From an uncultured virus (IMG/VR IMGVR_UViG_3300028557_000015) (Duplodnaviria; Heunggongvirae; Uroviricota; Caudoviricetes), in the IMG/VR virus record IMGVR_UViG_3300028557_000015, positions 62,001-116,205 of that record: 54,205 bases of DNA; one strand, given 5' to 3'. Position numbers and translations under genes: made by a program. Under the pieces are notes generated by a model. It made no database searches. It was not told the origin of the DNA and worked only from the letters and a program-made list of their open reading frames with translations. Position 1 is the first letter of the stretch. Each line of letters begins with the position of its first letter. Below, in pieces: positions 1-11,600 of this stretch.

Positions 1-619
1 CTATACGTGTGACACCGCTATATGGTGTTCCAGCAATAGTTACTGTACCTGATGTAGGAGCAGACAATACAACTGTACCAACATTAGAACACAAGTTATT
101 TAATAATAAATTGATACCGGCAGTATTATTAGCATGTGATACAGTCATTGCTAATTGACCACCTGAATTAAAGAAGTAACGTGCCGCATCTCCGTTTGCA
201 AAAGTAACTGTTTGCGTAAAGGTTGCAATACTTGTCCAAGTGGCACCGGCTACTACAGTATTTGATGTAGTAGAGCTTTGCGTTGCCGCATTCAATCTAC
301 TTGTATAAATGGTTGTTAGATTAGTAGGAATAGCAGAAAGATATGTAATTGTTCCACCTGTTGCTGGGGCAGTTACGCTGGTGATAGAAGTACCCTGATG
401 TGTGGCTGCATTTGCAGTTCTATTTACTAAATTAGCCCAACTTGATGCTAAAATAGTATCACCGGTTGCAACGTTTGCTAATGCAGGTTGACCATAACCA
501 GCTGTGGTACCACCGGTAGCCCAAACAGTATTCAATGTTCCTGATGCTGTAGCCGGGTTTCCTCCAACTAAAGCATTGTAATCTGCGGCTGCAATTGTTT
601 GATATTGTGCGTAACTCAT
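1..619 (-). CDS. Virion structural protein, Thr/Ala/Gly-rich; 3' end lies beyond the window start
   Basis: ATG at 619 preceded by AAGGA. Frame is open to the window edge (MSYAQYQTIAAADYNALVGGNP...ARYFFNSGG...). Not in the ORF track because it has no stop. Confidence 0.75.
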   Translation of the reverse strand, partial: MSYAQYQTIAAADYNALVGGNPATASGTLNTVWATGGTTAGYGQPALANVATGDTILASSWANLVNRTANAATHQGTSITSVTAPATGGTITYLSAIPTNLTTIYTSRLNAATQSSTTSNTVVAGATWTSIATFTQTVTFANGDAARYFFNSGGQLAMTVSHANNTAGINLLLNNLCSNVGTVVLSAPTSGTVTIAGTPYSGVTRI

Positions 620-628
620 TGTTTATCC

Positions 629-1861
629 TTAATTTATTTTAACGAAGGCTTCTACGGCCCCTATTTCATCTGTCAGTTTATCTTCCAATGAACGACCGAT
701 AGTGTTGAATGCAGTTGCCTCACCCTTTTGTGCGGCACGTGCCATACCATTGCCTGCGCTTACTAAACGCTGGCCTTTTTTAACTTTACCTATAACCTTA
801 ACTTGAACTCGTCCACCAACTGCAATTGCAGGATGGGTGTCATCATTACCTGCCATAGCGTTCATCAAGTAACCCGCAGTTGACGATACAACACCAAATA
901 CATCTTCTGATAATTCGTATTGCACCGCAGTAATTTCTTTGTCTCCGCCCATCTCAACAACAGTACCTGCATCATAGAAAGCATCAGCTTCAAAGCGTTC
1001 TGCCAAGTCAGCATAAGTTGACTGTAGTCGTGATCCTGCACTTAGTGTGAAATTACCTGTCATTGTACCGGCTGTTGTATTTGATCCAGTTGTTAATGTT
1101 GTTAATGTAACAGTTGTTGCAAGAATTGCGCCGTTGTATACTGGTAGAAGTGCTTGTACATTACTATTTGAGTAAGTGCCTCCAAAATTGATATTGGCGC
1201 CATTGGCATAATAATAACCATCTGTTCTAATACCTAAGGGACTACCTACTCCGCCTACCACTAAGTTACCACCAGTAACCCACATACTTGTACCAGCAAT
1301 GCTATTAGCAGTACCTGCACCGTTCTGAGTTAATACACCTGTTAATGTTACTGCGGTTGACTGTGATCCTGCATTGATAGATTGAGTAAACAATGAACCA
1401 ATATTACCAGTACCAATGTTTGCTGTACCTGAACTAATATTTGCTGTAGAACTTACAGAAATATTTGTAAAAATTCCATTTGCGCCTTGAACATTATTAA
1501 CAGCAGTAACATTATTTGCTGATAAATTACCGGTAACTTGAACTGAACCAAAAGTAGTTGTGGAGTTTGCTGAACTTACAGCTAATGACACCCACGCATT
1601 TGCGTTTGATAATCCATCTGTAGGGCAAACATACAATGTGTTTGCATTAGTGTTATACCATAATTGACCAGTTAACGGATTAGCTGGTGGTGTTGTATCT
1701 GCAAAATTTTCTAGTTGGTGAACAAAGTTTGTGTCTAGTGTTTGACCATAACCAGCAAAGTTTCTTCCAGGAAGTCCTACGGAAGTGCTAGTGGTATTTA
1801 TGGTACCGTCAGCGATGGTCGTTAGAACAGTTCCATCACTTTTTACAATTGTATATGCCAT
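629..1861 (-). CDS. Tail fibre/virion protein with C-terminal intramolecular-chaperone-like domain
   Basis: 410 aa. N-terminal 'LENFA...P.NPL.GQLWY' virion motif, beta-rich middle, and C-terminal 'YADLAERFEAD..GTVV..GG.KEIT..G.V.VKV.G.V.KG..LV' typical of phage fibre C-termini. GGAG RBS. Confidence 0.65.
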   Translation of the reverse strand: MAYTIVKSDGTVLTTIADGTINTTSTSVGLPGRNFAGYGQTLDTNFVHQLENFADTTPPANPLTGQLWYNTNANTLYVCPTDGLSNANAWVSLAVSSANSTTTFGSVQVTGNLSANNVTAVNNVQGANGIFTNISVSSTANISSGTANIGTGNIGSLFTQSINAGSQSTAVTLTGVLTQNGAGTANSIAGTSMWVTGGNLVVGGVGSPLGIRTDGYYYANGANINFGGTYSNSNVQALLPVYNGAILATTVTLTTLTTGSNTTAGTMTGNFTLSAGSRLQSTYADLAERFEADAFYDAGTVVEMGGDKEITAVQYELSEDVFGVVSSTAGYLMNAMAGNDDTHPAIAVGGRVQVKVIGKVKKGQRLVSAGNGMARAAQKGEATAFNTIGRSLEDKLTDEIGAVEAFVKIN

Positions 1862-1893
1862 TTATATTACTCCGGTGTTCTCTTTTATTTATC

Positions 1894-2514
1894 TTATATC
1901 GTCACTAAGTTCGTTAGTGCTTGGATTCTGACAGTATAATCTATCTGAATTTGTCTATTTAAACTCTTTTGGACTGGGTGAAAAATAACGTGCGTCAATA
2001 ATCGTGTAATAACGTTTCCGTTACTATCAGTTCCATAGTTTGCTAATAAACCTAATTCGTCAAAAATATAGCTTGAATCAGTTTGTGTGCTATTATCAAA
2101 TGCTGCCTGTCCTGACGGCTCGCCGTAGTCTAGTAAACATTGTACCAAAATGTCTGTATATACACGGCCTGTTGTGTGAGATACAGTCATTTTATTTCTT
2201 GTAGGGTCAAGATTAAAAACACTTGTATCATCTACGATTTTAGCGTAGGTTTGATTGTATAGTGCCGCATTCTGACCTGTTGTATTTGGGGGCAAATAAG
2301 TGATAACTCCGGTTTCGTCAACTGACGCACCACCATTACCAAATGCCATTTGATAGATTTCTCCGTAGCCACGACTACTTAATGTGTCAGCAATTGCTTC
2401 TGACATATTTTCATAATTAATGGCATTATGTTTATCCACGAACACTTCCCCGTTATTGGGATCGTAGACTTTCAAAAAGCCTTCAATTTTATATGTTAAT
2501 TGTATTCCTGACAT
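1894..2514 (-). CDS. Conserved baseplate/tail-associated structural protein
   Basis: 206 aa with 'FDELGL...LLTHVIFHPVQKSLNR.IQIDYTVRIQ' motif; lies in the tail module. Confidence 0.6.
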   Translation of the reverse strand: MSGIQLTYKIEGFLKVYDPNNGEVFVDKHNAINYENMSEAIADTLSSRGYGEIYQMAFGNGGASVDETGVITYLPPNTTGQNAALYNQTYAKIVDDTSVFNLDPTRNKMTVSHTTGRVYTDILVQCLLDYGEPSGQAAFDNSTQTDSSYIFDELGLLANYGTDSNGNVITRLLTHVIFHPVQKSLNRQIQIDYTVRIQALTNLVTI

Positions 2515-2663
2515 TAGTTATCGCCCCGTGTTTGAACCAAAACTTCTTTAGTGTTTGGATCTGTTATTTTTAGAAATGATGAAAAATAGAAACCGCCGGA
2601 CTCATCGGGCTTTGGTCCAACTTCCGGTTTGTCTTCTATTCTATTTTCTTGATTATTATTCAT
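2514..2663 (-). CDS. Small hypothetical protein (49 aa)
   Basis: MNNNQENRIEDKPEVGPKPDESGGFYFSSFLKITDPNTKEVLVQTRGDN*. Its stop overlaps the next ATG (TAATG); TAAATA lies 5 nt upstream of its own ATG. Confidence 0.7.
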   Translation of the reverse strand: MNNNQENRIEDKPEVGPKPDESGGFYFSSFLKITDPNTKEVLVQTRGDN

Positions 2664-2678
2664 TTACTTATTTATCTC

Positions 2679-5600
2679 TTATGGAACATCAGCATTTAAG
2701 AAATTAGCACTAAATGTCGTACTAATTTGTAATGGATCACCGTCTACTAGATTATAGTTGTACGAATTCCAAGTAAGTGCGTTATAAACAGTAGGTAGTT
2801 TATTAGATGACAATATACCATAAACTTCAGAATATTTAGGAATAAATGTCTGTTCTCCTGTTCCGTTAGCACCACGTTGCAATCCTGTCACTGTGTTTGT
2901 GTCAAAGTTTACTGTGGTAAATCCAATCTGCTCACCGTTAACATATATCAAATTACCCAATATGACTGTAATTGTTAACAACTCACCTCCAGAAACCCCA
3001 CCAGTTATTTTAAGTATCGGAGCTGTTGCCTCAACTGCAATATAATAATCTGCAGGGTCAACAGTCTGAGTAGTGTCATTGTTGTATACAATTACCTGAC
3101 AAATTGCCTGTTTGTCACCCTCAAGACCAATGCTTATAATTCCGTCAATCTCAGCAGGAGCAGTTTCATTTTGAATGATAGTTTCTGTAATCATAGTCAC
3201 ATCTTCTACATAGATAGTATCGTCAGTATCTTGTAGGGTTTCAGTCAACCAAGTTCTTGTTAATGAGTTTGCTCTGTATACAGACGGTACTCCGGTCTTG
3301 TTAACATTTTGTAGATATACTGCTTGATTAGGTGTTGCTGTTGGTATCATACTTGTAATAATTACAACATCACCTGGCTCAACTGTTGATAGTATACTTA
3401 AATTATTATCAGGATTTAATCTCAATGCACTTGATGGAATACGATAACCATTTATAGTTACCCATAGTCTATCAACATTGCCTTGTTCCCACTGTGATAC
3501 GTTCATTGAACCAGTGTCATTAGTCAATGCAAATACATCACCATCACGAACCGCAGTGACTCTAAAGGTTGTTGCAGAAGGTTTATCATATACATAATAA
3601 ATTGCAGTAGCAGTTCCTGTACCTGTACCAACTCCTGTTGCAACAAAGTTAGTTCCTACATTATTATTCAATGCACCTATTAGTGTGAAGTCAGTAGTAC
3701 CTTGACTATTGATTTGATATGTATTGCCTTCTGTAAAACTGCCAGCAGTAACTTCAGATTCCAATCCTCCCAATAAGTCAGAACCAGTAAAGATAATTGG
3801 TGTTCCTAATATTAATTCAAGTGAACTAGATACTGTTATTCTGTCATTAGATGCAGTTGTGGCAGTAGCAAGAGTAGTTGTAATTGTGAATGTCTTATCT
3901 AACCAAACATATCCACCACCAGTCCAAGTTGATACTATTGTTACTGGATCGTTAATTGCATTTGCTGTAGGATCATATGCACTATTGTATAACGCAATTT
4001 GAGTTGCACTTATAATTTTAGCATAATATGTATTATTGTTTAGTTGTACAGATCCTAACGTTCCGTCAATTCTAACAATATCATTTTCTGCTAAATTATG
4101 CGGTACACCAGTTGTAATAGACACAGCAGGATTTCCACTAACTTCAGCTAGAATTGCGCCTGAAGTAGTAACTTGAACCATTACAGGTCCGCTAGGTGTT
4201 TCTGATATAGTAAAATCAAATCCATTAACTACTGTTTTAATAAAATACACTGTTCCGTCACACAATATATTACCATATGGTGTTGCAGGATTAGAACGCT
4301 TAAACATAATTGGTTGTCCAGGAGAGAATCCTATAGTGGAAGAACAAGTAACCACATTAGTAGTAATCGTTGTGCTGGTTATACCAACTGTAATTGGAGC
4401 GGTAATAAGATTGTCTACTCCTGATATTGGCGCTACTGTTGGTGGATTAGTAATGCCAATCATTGAGCCAAAATCAGTAGTCAATTGTATCGCCGAGCCG
4501 CCCGGTGTTTCTGATACTGCAAATTCAGTCGAGCTAATAATATTTACTACATAATAAGTTTGGTTAGCAACGATGCCACCAAATGTTGTACCAGTAAATG
4601 TGATAGCGTCATTAATATTCAATGAATTTGTGTTACCTGAACTTAAAGTTAAGTAGTCAGGTCCTGGACTATACAATCCGGTGCCGGCTGTTCCAGTTCC
4701 GGTGCCTACACCAGTTGCTGTAAACATAGTTCCTACATTGTTGTCAACTGATCCTATCAATGTAAAGTTTGTTGTACCAACTGTCAATATTTCATAGGTA
4801 GCACCTATAGTAAACGATCCAGCAGTAGTTATTACTCCGCCATCAAAACCAATTGCCGCAGTGCCTGTTCCAGTACCCGCACCACTAGCAGTAAACAAAC
4901 TTTCAAGTGAAGTACCTGTTCCTGATCCTATTCCTGTAGCTACAAAAATGTTGTTTAAAGCAGTGCCTGTACCTGTACCAACGCCTGTTGCAACAAATTC
5001 CAGACCAATTGTATTTGACGATGCACCTATTAATGTAAAATCAGTAGTACCGATTGAATTTATAATATATACATTTCCAATAACAAACGAGCCAGCAGCC
5101 ACTTGAGTGGCGCCGATCAATGTAAAGTCAGTAGTACCTAATCCATCAATAGTATATGAAGTGCCTATAACGAACGAGCCGGCATTTATTTGAGTTGAAC
5201 CAATTAGGGTGAAGTCCGTCGTTCCAACTTTAGTAATAACATACTCACTACCTACTAAGAATTGTCCGGCGGTTATATTTGCATCATATCCCGGTGTATG
5301 AGTTGTACTACCTATGAAGAATGAATTAGTAGTTGATCCAGAGAAAGTTCCACCATACGTAGTATGTAGATATTGTCTATCAGTTAAGTTATAGCTTGTA
5401 ACTGCAACAGTATCGCCTGCACTTGTTCCAAAGTTTAAGCTTAATGTTTCAGTATTGAAATCAATAGTATAGTCAGATGTTTCTACTAAACGTCTACCAT
5501 TGTGTTCAACAATAGCATTTTTGGCATTATCGCCACCTACATAATTAGATAACGTAAACTCAGTAACAGCAGTTGTAAGTTCGAATAACTCTACTTCTGG

Positions 5601-8600
5601 GACTGTGTATCCATACTGAACTGGCGCGGTCTCACCAAAAACAGATAATACAACAAAGTCATTTGCTTGAGTATATTGATTAGCGAAAACAATCTTTGCT
5701 GTTATACCCTCATCTGCAATAGCTATTGCATAGTCATTTGTAACGCATAATGCTATACCAGTTGCATTAGCTAATGTTACATTTGTTCCACTTGATGTTA
5801 ATGATACAGTAAACTCATTACCAACAATAGAAGTAATATAATATTGTTGCTGTGCTATTAGTCCAGACGAAACGAATGATCCAGTATCTATCGCATCACT
5901 GAACACAATTGTGTCACCTACCTCATAATGATCGGTACTATTAACAACAATAGTATTTGTTCCACTATTTGTTTCTGAAACAATACCCTGTTCGCCTAAT
6001 ACTAAATTAGTGCCGTTGTGAATAAGTATAGGATCCGTCCAAACTAATCCATTTGTTGATTGGATGTTTACAAGCATTATTCCAGTAGCAGATGTAACAT
6101 CAAATGTAGGGCCTGCTATACCACCTGACACAGATGCAGATATAGTTATTTTGTTAGTTATGTAACTTATTGTCTTTATCCAATATGTAGTACCGGATAC
6201 TATTCCACCAAACACTGCACCTTGGAATGTTATAGGTGCATTTACCGCAAAATAATCTACTGACTCGCATACGATGCCATTATCAATCGCATCCGTTTCG
6301 ATTGCGTTAACTGATTTTGGATCAGTATTTGGTCGTATTACTCCGGAGCCATTAAATCTATCAGCAGAATAATTACAGTTCAATGGCATCTCAACAAAAC
6401 CAGTCGAGATATTATCAACGAACGGTATAGTTTGCGAATTGGCTTTAACTAGTTGATTACCATTGCCTACTTCGTATACATCTAGTCGTAGTGTATGGTC
6501 TACTGCTAATGCTGTTCCGATAGTAACTACTTTATTCACCCAGTCAACAGTAAAATCATAAATTCTTATACTAGTATTTGTTGCAGTTGTAATATCAAAC
6601 AATGATATATTTGCCGGGTTCTCTACAACACCTTCAAATGAGAACTCTGTTTGACCAGAGTCTGGTACTATTTCAGTAGAGACAACATTGTAACCAGCAT
6701 GTCCGTATATTGACGTATCCCAATCAGTGCCAGGTCTTGTTGTGACAATCATTGTTAAATTATCAGATACTACCCCAGGAACTAATTCTTCTGGACCATA
6801 ACCTGCAGTGAATGCATCTCCTTGTACATCGTATACAGTAGGTGCAGTTTCAAACACAGATGAACTAATCCAAGTATTTCCATTATTTGTACTTGTAATG
6901 ATAGCGTTATCATCACCTACTACTATCCATTCACCATCAATACTGTTATATGTTATACCATTTAAATCTTTTGTTGTACCTGACGTTTTAATCGTCCAAG
7001 TATATCCATCAGATGATGTTTTAATAGTACCTGTATTACCCACAGCCATAAACAATGAGTTAGCATACAACACATCATTTAATGTAGGACCTGTTGGGTA
7101 GATGTACATAAATGTAGTTGAAGGTGGATTAGTTGCATTCAATGTAATTGGAGATCCACCTGATGTAGTGCTTACTTTAAGTTGTGTAGAAGAAGTAACA
7201 TCAACTACATAGTAAGTTGTACCGGATGAAATCACATTAAATGACTGAGTAAATCTTACTGTATTACCTACTTGGAATCCAGTAGTACTGCCAACGTTAA
7301 TAACGTTAGTGCTTGCGTTTACACTAATAATGTTAGATTCATTTAGTCCAAACCAATTAGTGCCGTTCAATGATGTATATATTACACCATCCTCACCAAC
7401 AGCAACAATCATTGAACTGCTTGATGTAACACCGTTAAATCCTTTGTATGATACAATAGGAAGTGTAGTCCAAACGTATCCATCAGAACTGATTTTAATA
7501 ACACTTGTTCCTTGTGTAGATCCGGATATTATCTCTTGACCATTACCAACAGATATAAAACCTACATAGCTAGGTATGTTTACATACGTTACACTGTTTA
7601 AATTATTTACTAATCCATTAGTAAATGTGTCTACTTGTGCCCATGAGAACGTATCAGTTGATAATACAATGTTTTCTCCTACTGCAATCCAAATAGCATT
7701 TCCATAAGCAACACTTGATAGTGAAGTAGATTCTACAGATAATAAAGTAGAATCGTAATTATTTATAGAATAGGGTGTAGCATCATAGGGTGTGAAGGCT
7801 CCGCCGGCAGTAGTAAACACTATACCATCAGTACTTGTGTAAATAGGTGTAGTTGCACTTTCACAAACTATTACGAACAATCCATTAGCATAGATTATGT
7901 CAGAAGCATTAACTGGAATATTTACTAATTTGTTTATTGCCCAACTTGATGCATCTACGCTTAACAGTGATGCAGAATATTCAGGTGTATTTGCGGCTGC
8001 AACATATGTTGTACCGTTCCAAGAAATAGCAACAGTATCTACACTTGTTGGGTAGAATGGTTGGTCTTGCAATATAGTATCTAATGTATATTGATCTTCC
8101 GGAGCAAATGCATTATCTAAATATGTACTATTTGGATAAGTAATGCCTTCAATCAATTGTGTTAAATCTACACCAGGCATATTAACTGTAGGGTCATAGT
8201 AACCAATGATACGATCCAACTCGTTGAGTTTTCTACTACCACTATTTAATAATTCCCATTTACCTATAATGAATTCATTATCATTGTTACTGATAATACA
8301 TTGCCATACTTGGTTGTTATACTTAACAATACTTTGATTGAAGTAGAATGGCTCTGGTAAAAAAACATAATCACCCAATGTGTATTCTGTTTCTAATACT
8401 AGACCATTTACCGGGACATTTAATAAAGGATTAGCATATACTTCACATTGTGTTGCAGAAATTACTTTTAAGTAATATTGACGTACTATACCTGCAGGAG
8501 TACCAGAACCAATTACACTTGTAACGTTTCCGTCTGATTCTACTGGTAATAAGAAATCATAATTTGGATTAGTGTTAGCGACTATTACATCAATTCCACT

Positions 8601-11600
8601 AACAGTTAATACCAAATCATTTAATGGACTTGTTCCACCTAAATCAGTTCCAGAAATAGTGATAGTGTTATCAAACGTGTATCCTGAACCCGGATTTACT
8701 ATATCAATGGTATATCCACCTAATTTCTTACCAACATTGAATGTTGGCGAAGATATTGGATCTTGCGTAAAGACTGTTTCTAGTATTTCATCCGTTAATC
8801 CGATTGCAGGATCACCTAATGTGTCTGTCAATGTGATATAAGGGTTATCCGCTGTTAATGTCATCTGACCATTGTCAGTAGTTAATACAAGGTCACTGCC
8901 TCCTATTGTATCAGTAATAGTAAACGTGTCGCCACCTAAATCATAGCTATTGATAAAATATGTTACTAATGCAACTACATTACCAAATACCGCACCAGAG
9001 AATGATATTGGCATGCCAATATAGAATCCGGTTGTTAGTGTGCCTGAGGCTAATGTATATTCATTAGTAGATGAAGATGAGCTTGCCACTTCAACAGCTA
9101 ATGCACCGTTAGATACTACATAGTATGTGTCACCTGCAGTTAATCCGCCGATGCTTTCAGACAATACAAACGGTAAGTTGTTGTATATGTTTGTTAATCC
9201 ACCGCTTAGATATCTCAAATATAAATAATCACCGTTGCTTGTAGCGGCTACTGTATCTCTTGTTACTAAATTACCATTAGTTCCTGATACACCAGTACCT
9301 ACACTAGCTACAGTTGGGTAGAACGTAAACAATTGACCAGTAACTTGTCCTGGGCTTACTGGTAGTCCAACGTTCATTGTCATTGAACCTGTTGCAGTTG
9401 TTAGTTGTACCGCAGTAGTTTGGCTAGTTAATGTGCAACTACCTGTTGCAGTACTCAATGTTGTGACCGGTCCGTTGATAGTAGATGACAATGTAATTTG
9501 TGTACCATTGTAAATGCTTGCAACATAATAAATTTGACCTGCAACAAGACCACCAAACATAGTTCCAGTAAAGATTATCGGGTCATTCACACTTAATTCT
9601 AACGTAGAACCAACTGTTACTAAGTTAGTTGTTACAGTAGTGTTAGTTGCTGTTAATATTAAAGGATCATTTGTTGTTGATATAGTAAATGTTTCACTAT
9701 CTATAACAGTTATGATATAGTAAGTTTCATTTTCAATGATACCACCAAATACATTTCCAACAAAGTATACAGGTAGACCAACATAGAAGCCACTAGTTCC
9801 CGCAGTACCTGTTGGTAGTGTTGGAGTTGTAATGAAGTTGGTTGTTAATTCTGTTGCTGTTACATCTAATATACCAGGATATGCAATTGTAACAATAGCT
9901 GTGTTAGTTACTTCACCGGCGTAGCAAGACAAGCCGGCTGCGGTAACGGTGTAGTCAGTTAATGGCAGTACTGAACCACTAACTGTAGTTGATATTGAGA
10001 AGTCACTCTCATTTATAACTTCAGCTACATAGTAGGTAGTATTATTTGTAATTACTGGACCTACTGCGCCAACAAATTTAACTGGCATTCCAACATAGAA
10101 ACCAATTGTTGATCCGGAAGCATTTGGTTGGGTACTGTCGTAAGTTAATCTCACTGCATCATTTGCGGCTACTGTTTCACCTACTTGACGGATAAATGAT
10201 GACCATGTAAGCACTTGGTCATTTGTAATATCTTGTATTTCAAATGTTGCACCTTGTGCGCTTGCCAAAATATCATTAACCGGTGGCTGAGTTTGTTCTA
10301 ATGTAATAGCAGAACTTGCAATTCTTGTGCTGTTATTAAATAAACCAGCATAAAAGCTACCATAAAAATTGTCAGGTGCCCACTCAGTTACTTGAGAATC
10401 ATATGTAGTTCTATCAAATCGTAATGTAATGATATTTTCTCTAGTTGGTAAAGAAGTTGAAACACAACTTGCTCTGGCACTTACTGCAATATTATTATTA
10501 CTTCCGGTTCCAGTATTAGTTAGTACGACTCTATCATGGTCTTGTAATGCATTTGCGTAACTAGTATACAATGCAACAACATAGAAAGGAGTATTTTCTA
10601 ATACTGCTAGATAATAATATTGACCATCATCTAATCCACCCACCGCAGTGGTATCAGTACCTACATAGTATTGTATTAAATCACCTGTTTGTACAAATTG
10701 AGTTTGTAATGTAATTGTGTTTGTTAGTACATCAACATCGGTACTAGCAAATGTTACAATCTCACTCGGATCAATTCGAATTTCTGGCAATACTTGATAA
10801 CCTTCACCTGGATCGATTACATCAATTCGTAGAATCGTATCTAAGTTCATCACAGGTTGTAATATAGCCGCACGTCTTGGTGCTGGATATATAGTTGTAT
10901 CAATATATGCAGTGACCTTTGGTGGTTCAGCATAACCTCTACCGCCATTTAATAACAACACAGGAGGTAAGTCAATGATAATTTGTTCACCGGGGAGATG
11001 ATTTGTTATGGTAGTACCGTTAACTCCACGAGTCAATCCACTCAATGTGCTATATGCTCTATCAACACTACTGTATGCAATTTCCTCTTCACCTATTAAT
11101 ATAACACCTGTAGTTGGGAAGCCGTATACATTATCAACAACCATTGATATGCTATTCAATGTCAAATATGATAATAATAAAGTGATTGGATAATCATTTA
11201 CCCCGGTGATGCTTAAGCCTTGATTATTGAACCAATTGATATATGGTTGAGTTTGCCAGATAGGGTCAGTTGGCAAGTATTGATTGATACTACTTGGATT
11301 AGCGTATACTAATTCAGGAGTGATATACTGTTGAAACTGTGTGTTATATTGTGCAGGTAAATCAAAATCAGTTATCTCACCTTCGTACACATTAGTGCCA
11401 GTGTATTTAAATAAGAAGTCTTTGATTACCACATGATAAGGTTTAGCTTCATTTAAATAACCTGCTAAGAATTCTTGGTTATCACTTTGGAATACTTCTA
11501 ATGGTAATAATTCACGTATGGTATGTGCAACATCTATGAATGACGTTTTGTTTAACCATGGTAAATAATTTTGACTCTCAATTGTTTCACTAACAATATA

